Below are positions 32,601-38,600 of a stretch of DNA of 64,000 nucleotides, in pieces; positions within the stretch are counted from its first letter, which is position 1, and every line of letters starts with the position of its first letter. The notes under the pieces were generated by a model, which searched no databases, had not been told where the DNA came from, and saw only the letters and a list, made by a program, of their open reading frames with translations. Origin of the DNA: an uncultured Christensenella sp. (GTDB lineage Bacteria; Bacillota; Clostridia; Christensenellales; UBA1242); the NCBI GenBank assembly GCA_949290565.1, contig CASESH010000004.1, positions 9,877 to 73,876 of the forward strand. Direction: 5' to 3'. The translations under genes and the position numbers were made by a program.

Positions 32601-35600
32601 ATACCGATGAATATAACATAGTAACTGTTATTAGAAATAATGTGGTAAAAAATATAGTATTTGAAAATTGTATATCAAAAACAGGTTTGCTTGCTGGATA
32701 TGCTGTTAATTCTAATGTAAGTGCTATTTCAGTTGCAACGGGTGCAACAACTAATTATGTTTATAATGGCGATTTGTTTGATTTATATACAAAACAGCCT
32801 ATTGCTGTGTTTAACACTGATAGACCTGATGATAAAACTCTTCCTCATACGATTTTTGATTTAGATGTTATAAAAAATACTATTAATTCTATTGTGTATG
32901 AAACAATTATTGAAAATCAAGTTAGTGTTGGTTCTCAAAGTGAAAATGTTTTAGTTAGAGAAAGTCAAACAATTACTTTTAAAGGACTAAATGGTGTATC
33001 AGGTTCAAATTCTTCTTTTGCTGGTGGAATAATTGGTTATATGAATAGTGGATATTTACTTCTAGACAGTATTAATGGCGGACTTTCTGTTATGGTTAAG
33101 CAGAAAGGTTATATAGATGTAAGTGCCCAAAATGAAACAGATTACAAATTAGATACTTCAAATTCATTTGTTGGTGGGGTTGTTGGTATTTTACAAGAAG
33201 GTTATATTTCAAGAAATACTGTTAAAGATTATATTGTTATTGATAGTATTAATGTTTCTGCTTCACAAGATAAAAATGCAAGAATTCAATCTCATTCATA
33301 TGTTGGTGGTGTTGCTGGTTATGTTGGTAACAATGCTACAATTGAATATATTCAGATTAGTTCTGATGATACTTCATCTCAAAATGAACAGTTAAAATTA
33401 ATCTTAAATAGTGATTATGCTGTTGGTGGTATTGCTGGTTTAGTAAATGGTGGATGGATAGATTATTGCCAATATAATTATGCCGATGGAGATGGTTTAA
33501 GATTAGGCTATGCTTATTGGGATAAAAATGATAGTTCCGGAAATACTCAGGCAAATTTAATTTTTAATAATTTCAGTAGCGTATCAGACAATGAATATTC
33601 TTATGATTCTATTAATTTAGATGAAAAAATTTTTGGTTTTGAATTCTTTGTTGGTGGTATTGCTGGTATTGTTACAAAAGGAGACATAACAAATTGTTCG
33701 TTTACTTCGAGAGCAATGAATAGCATAAATATTGAAAATATCGTTGGTTTATTTACAATAGTTGGTGGTGGTATTATTGGAGATGCTTACGCATATTTAA
33801 ATAAAATTAGTAATAGTAGTAATAACGTAAAAGATGATATTATTATTGAGAATTGTAGTTTCTTAGGACAATTTTCTATTAAAGGATATCAAGAAATTGT
33901 TGTTGGTGGTATTGTTGGTAGAATGAGAGGCGGAGAAATTATAAATTGTAATTCTGGTAAAAATACTAATAGTAATGGTGATCAAAATATTGATGTAGAC
34001 AAAAATAGTAAAATTAGTGCTCATACAAAAAGCATAGAAAGTTCTGGTGGAGCGACTTTAAATATTCTAAATAATTATTTTGCAACATCAGGAAGCAATA
34101 GAAATTTATTTTTAAGAATTTTAGATTCTTATGCTACATTTATTTCTTCATCAACTTTCGCTGATTTTAAATCTAATAGATATAATAAAGTAATGGGTCA
34201 AATAAATTCAACAGATAATACATTTAATTTTGATTTTGAAAAATTAGTAGGTATGTATGGACAGGGATATACTGTTGCAGGTGGAATTATTGGAAGACTC
34301 ATCAATGGTGAAGTTGGAGTAATTAATGTTAATTTAGATAACCAAAATAATAATGATGAAAATAATTTACAAAACAAAGTTACAAATAATGCTGTGATAA
34401 ATGTATATGGAGATAGTGGTGGTGGAATTGCTGGTGAAATATTTGTAACTCGTACTGATGAACTAACTGCTTTGGCTAATGTACACATTAAAAATGCTTA
34501 TAATTATGGACATGTCGAAGTTTATGGAACTCCTGCATTAAGTGTTAATGGTGAAGGTGACTTAGATTATGATGATTGCTTAGAAGATTTGTGGAATGGA
34601 GAAGTCCTTGACGGAAATTCAATTTTTGGACTTTCATTGCCGGAAGTTTCAGCAGGTACTAATTTTGATTTTGCCGTTGGCTTTGAATCTATGTTTAAGT
34701 TCTCTGTTATGATGAATGATGCTTCTGCTGGTGGAATTGTTGGTAACATTGTTGTAACAGGTACTTCTTCAAAAGATAAAAATCATGTATTGATAGAAGA
34801 TTGTTTAAGCGGAGATGTTCACGTAGGTTCTTTACTTGCAACTTTCTCAGGAGGTATTGTTGGAATTTCTAGTGGAGAGTATAGCAAATTAAATAACTCA
34901 GTTATTGTTCAAAATTGTAATTCTAGTTCAACTAATAGAGGCTTTATTCTTCGTTCATTTGCAGGAGGTATTGTTGGTTATTTAAAAAATACTACTGTAA
35001 AATATTGTACTTATGAAAGTAGAATGATGGATACCTTATTTTCTGTAATTGAGGAAGGCGATGATGGAAAGTCTTTTGTTGATAACTTAAAATCAACGTT
35101 TAGTGATTTTGCATCTCTTGAAAGTTATGTTTCTGTTCCTTATATTCATGGTGGTATAGTTGGATATATGGAAAGTGGTTTTGTAAATACCTGTAATACT
35201 GAATTATTATCAACAATTCTTGCTGTAAGGATTGCAGGAGGTATTGTTGGCGTAGCAGGTGGAGGAATCATTAAGTCGGATTCTGTAATGTACAATGGCG
35301 CCTTAGTTATTACCTTATTTAATGGAGTTGCAGGAGGTATTGTTGCAGTACTTGATGGTGCTGAACTTATTACAATAGGCGAAAATCTTAGTATTTCGGC
35401 AATTGTTAAAAATATTGTTACTAATATGCCAGATATTATAGAAACTTGTGGAAAGGTTGATAGTATTGAAGATTTCTTTGATGCTTTCTTAACAGTTATT
35501 TTAGATGCTTGTAATAATTCAACTGACAAAGATAAGATGAAAGGATTTATGATTAATTTACCTACTATTGTTAGTGGATATGTTTCAGGTGGAATTGTAG

Positions 35601-38600
35601 GTTATTATCAATCTTCTGTTAACACTCAAATTTCAGGCATGATTAACTTGTCATCGGTTGTAAGTTCGTTGTTCTCATACTTTGATTCTTCATTCTTTAT
35701 GGGCTTATATACAAAATTGGAAAATGAATTAAAAGATATTTATAATAGAATAGAAACTGGAATTAAAGAAGATATTTGGCCAAAATTATTAGAAGTGTGG
35801 TCAACTGTCTCAAATTATGTAACAAATGAATCTTTCTTAAAATATATTTTAGGTAGTGATTATGATTTTGAGGCTGGATTTGAAATTGGAGGACAAAAAT
35901 ATCCAATACTTGATGTCTTTGCAGGATTATCAATAAAGTCACTTGCTACGCTATTAAAATTGGTTGCTGATTTTGATATTGATGGTTATAGTTTTTCTGA
36001 ATATTTCACAGGGATTATTATTAATAAGTATGAGTGGGTGAATAGTTATGATAGTGATCTTGGAGGAAATGTAAGTCAATTAAAATATCAAAAAAATATT
36101 AGAATTATAGAGAATGAACAATCAAATTCTTATTCAACAGATATTAGATTAAATGATTTAGTAGAGAAATCTGATAGTTTTAATCCAGAAGATTTTGCAA
36201 CAACTTCTTCAGATGCAGTTGGTATGATGGGTTCATCTGGTGGTATTATTGGATTTATTAATTCAAAAAATTCTTCAACACTTGTTATTAGTTCAACTGT
36301 TAATTATGGCTTTAACTTAACAACAAATTGGACTGGTCTTGATAAAGTATTAGATTACTTAAATACTAGAATTTCTTCCTCAGGATTTGCAGGTGGATTA
36401 GTAGGTTGTATTTATGATGAAAGTAATCAAGTTGATATAACTTTTAGTTCAAATATGGCAATTGTTTATGGAAAATCTGCTGGTGGGATTTTAGGATATG
36501 GTGGGCCTAATGCTCAGATAACTTCCGTAAGAGATGAAGGAGATATTTTAGTAGATGTTGTTGTAAATATGGTTGCTGGAAATGAGTTGTATGGAGCAGT
36601 TTCAAATAATGGAGAAATTTATGGTACCTTATTTGCAGGTGGCATTGCTGGTTATGCAGATGGATTGCAAATTAATTCTCAAAAAATTGATAATTTGTTT
36701 GCACCTAATTCAATAGGTGTGTATGCTGAGTGGAGCAGAACATATAAACCAGGTATTGAAATTAATCCAAATTATGAAACAATTGAATCAGATAAAATTA
36801 AAGGAAATTGGTCACAGGGAATAGGAGATATTAATTTCTTATCTGGAATATTTAGTATTGTAAATTCTGGTACAGTAAGGGGTACAATGTTTACAGGCGG
36901 AATAGTCGGTTTTATGGGTGGGAATACCGGTATATATATGGCTAATGTCTCTAAAAACGTTTTTTCAAGTATAATGCAATCGTTTACTTTAAATTTTGAT
37001 TTTACTTTTGCCTTAGAAGGTGTTTATGTTGGTGGTATTGCTGGATATATGCAAAGTGGTAAAATATCAAGCACTTGTTATGTCGGAACAAATAGTAAGT
37101 TGAATAATTTACACCTTGTTTCATTGCCTGCTAACCAATATGTTCCTAGTCAATCTAAAATACAATCTCAAACTCTTTCGCAATCTTTACTTGCGATACA
37201 AGATTCAAGAAATGCTTATTTGAGTGCTTCAACATCAAGAAGTGCACAACAGATAATTGATGCAAATAATATGTTTGGAGGTTATGCTGGTGGAGTTGTA
37301 GGATTTTATGTAAATGGAGAAGTTGGAGGAGATTACATTAAAGTTAAAGGGGAGACTCAAACTGAAATAGTTGGGGTTGTTAATGTTAATCAAGGCGTTA
37401 AATTTGGTTTAACAGACAATGCTATATCTCCATTTAGCGGTGGTGTAATAGGATACTATAATTATACTGCGACTGAAAGGGCTCCTGTTTATGCACAAAT
37501 TAATTCAAGTGTTTCTAACGCATACTTTGTAGGCGGTTTGATGGGACAAACAAAAGAAGGTGCAACACTAGACTTTAATATGGATGCAAATAAAAACAAT
37601 AAAGAAAATCAAAATGCGCAAGATGGTTCTAACATACCTACTCCATATTATTCTTCTATTTCCGTATCAGTAGCAAATGGACAACAATCAAGCGATGAAG
37701 ATGAAACCATAAAAGGTGCCGAAGGTTCATTTGTTGGCGGGATTATTGGCTATGCTAAAAATTGCAAAATATCAAATATTTTTATGTCTGGAAATATAAC
37801 TTCGGAAGGTGCAAAAAATACTATCGGTGGTATTGTCGGGCTTATGGATGGTGGTACTATTACAAACGCTTATGTTGGTAGATTGGATAGCAATGGAGCC
37901 GTTTACACGAATTCAGAATATCCGGTTATTAAAATTACCGAAGAAAAGAATAAAGATGATGAAAAAGTTAATATTTGGCAGACATATGATGACATTGAAA
38001 TGATAAATACAAGATATGCTCTTGGTGTTGTTGGTGGTATTGTTGGAATGATAGTTTCTACAAGTGACAATACGCTTGATACAAAAATTTCTAATGTAAC
38101 AATGTTTGGTGGTATTCAGGGTGGAGTTTTCTCAGGTGGTATTGTTGGATGGTTAGGTAATAATGCTGTTGTTGAAAATGTAACAAATTTAGGAAGTGTA
38201 GAAGATGCTTTATATTCAGGTGGTATTGTAGGTAGGCTTGATGGTGGTGAATTAATTAGTGGTTATGTTTCTCACAATTCTGAAAATGAACATATTGTTT
38301 ATGGAGACAATAATAAATTTAAGTTAGTCAATGGAGATACTTCTGAAAATTATAAATTAACTATTAGTGGTAAATATGGTGCAGGTGGACTTGTTGGAGT
38401 ATTAAGTGATATTATAGTTACTGATAGTAAATCTATTTTAAGTGGTGGAGATGCTTCTAGCGAGTACATAACATTAACATCTTCTTTGGAGCAAGATGAC
38501 AATAAAAATAACAATAATGAAAGTGAAGAAGAAGAGGAAACCCCTGTACAAGAGGAAACTAGAATTGGTATTGGTGGAATTGTAGGTGCTATGCTTGGTG

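Noticed and set aside
33357-35529. Minus-strand ORFs inside giant 1 (for example 35146-35529 at 127 aa, 34198-34488 at 96 aa, 34567-34749 and 33357-33554) with recurring IPPA/TIPP strings
   Set aside because: They are antisense shadows of the GGT-GGT-ATT-GTT-GGT (GGIVG) rung codons, and the reverse complement reads ...PTIPP... They have no RBS and lie entirely within a far longer, motif-rich + strand ORF. The same reasoning applies to the other short ORFs in the track nested in giant 1, giant 2, mfd and rpoB: 18817-19068, 21115-21297, 21500-21688, 24147-24395, 28467-28742, 31662-31844, 33168-33395, 37809-38003, 40019-40306, 40050-40295, 41197-41466, 52132-52389, 56914-57102, 58024-58236, 11042-11272, 61730-62431 and 62600-62812.
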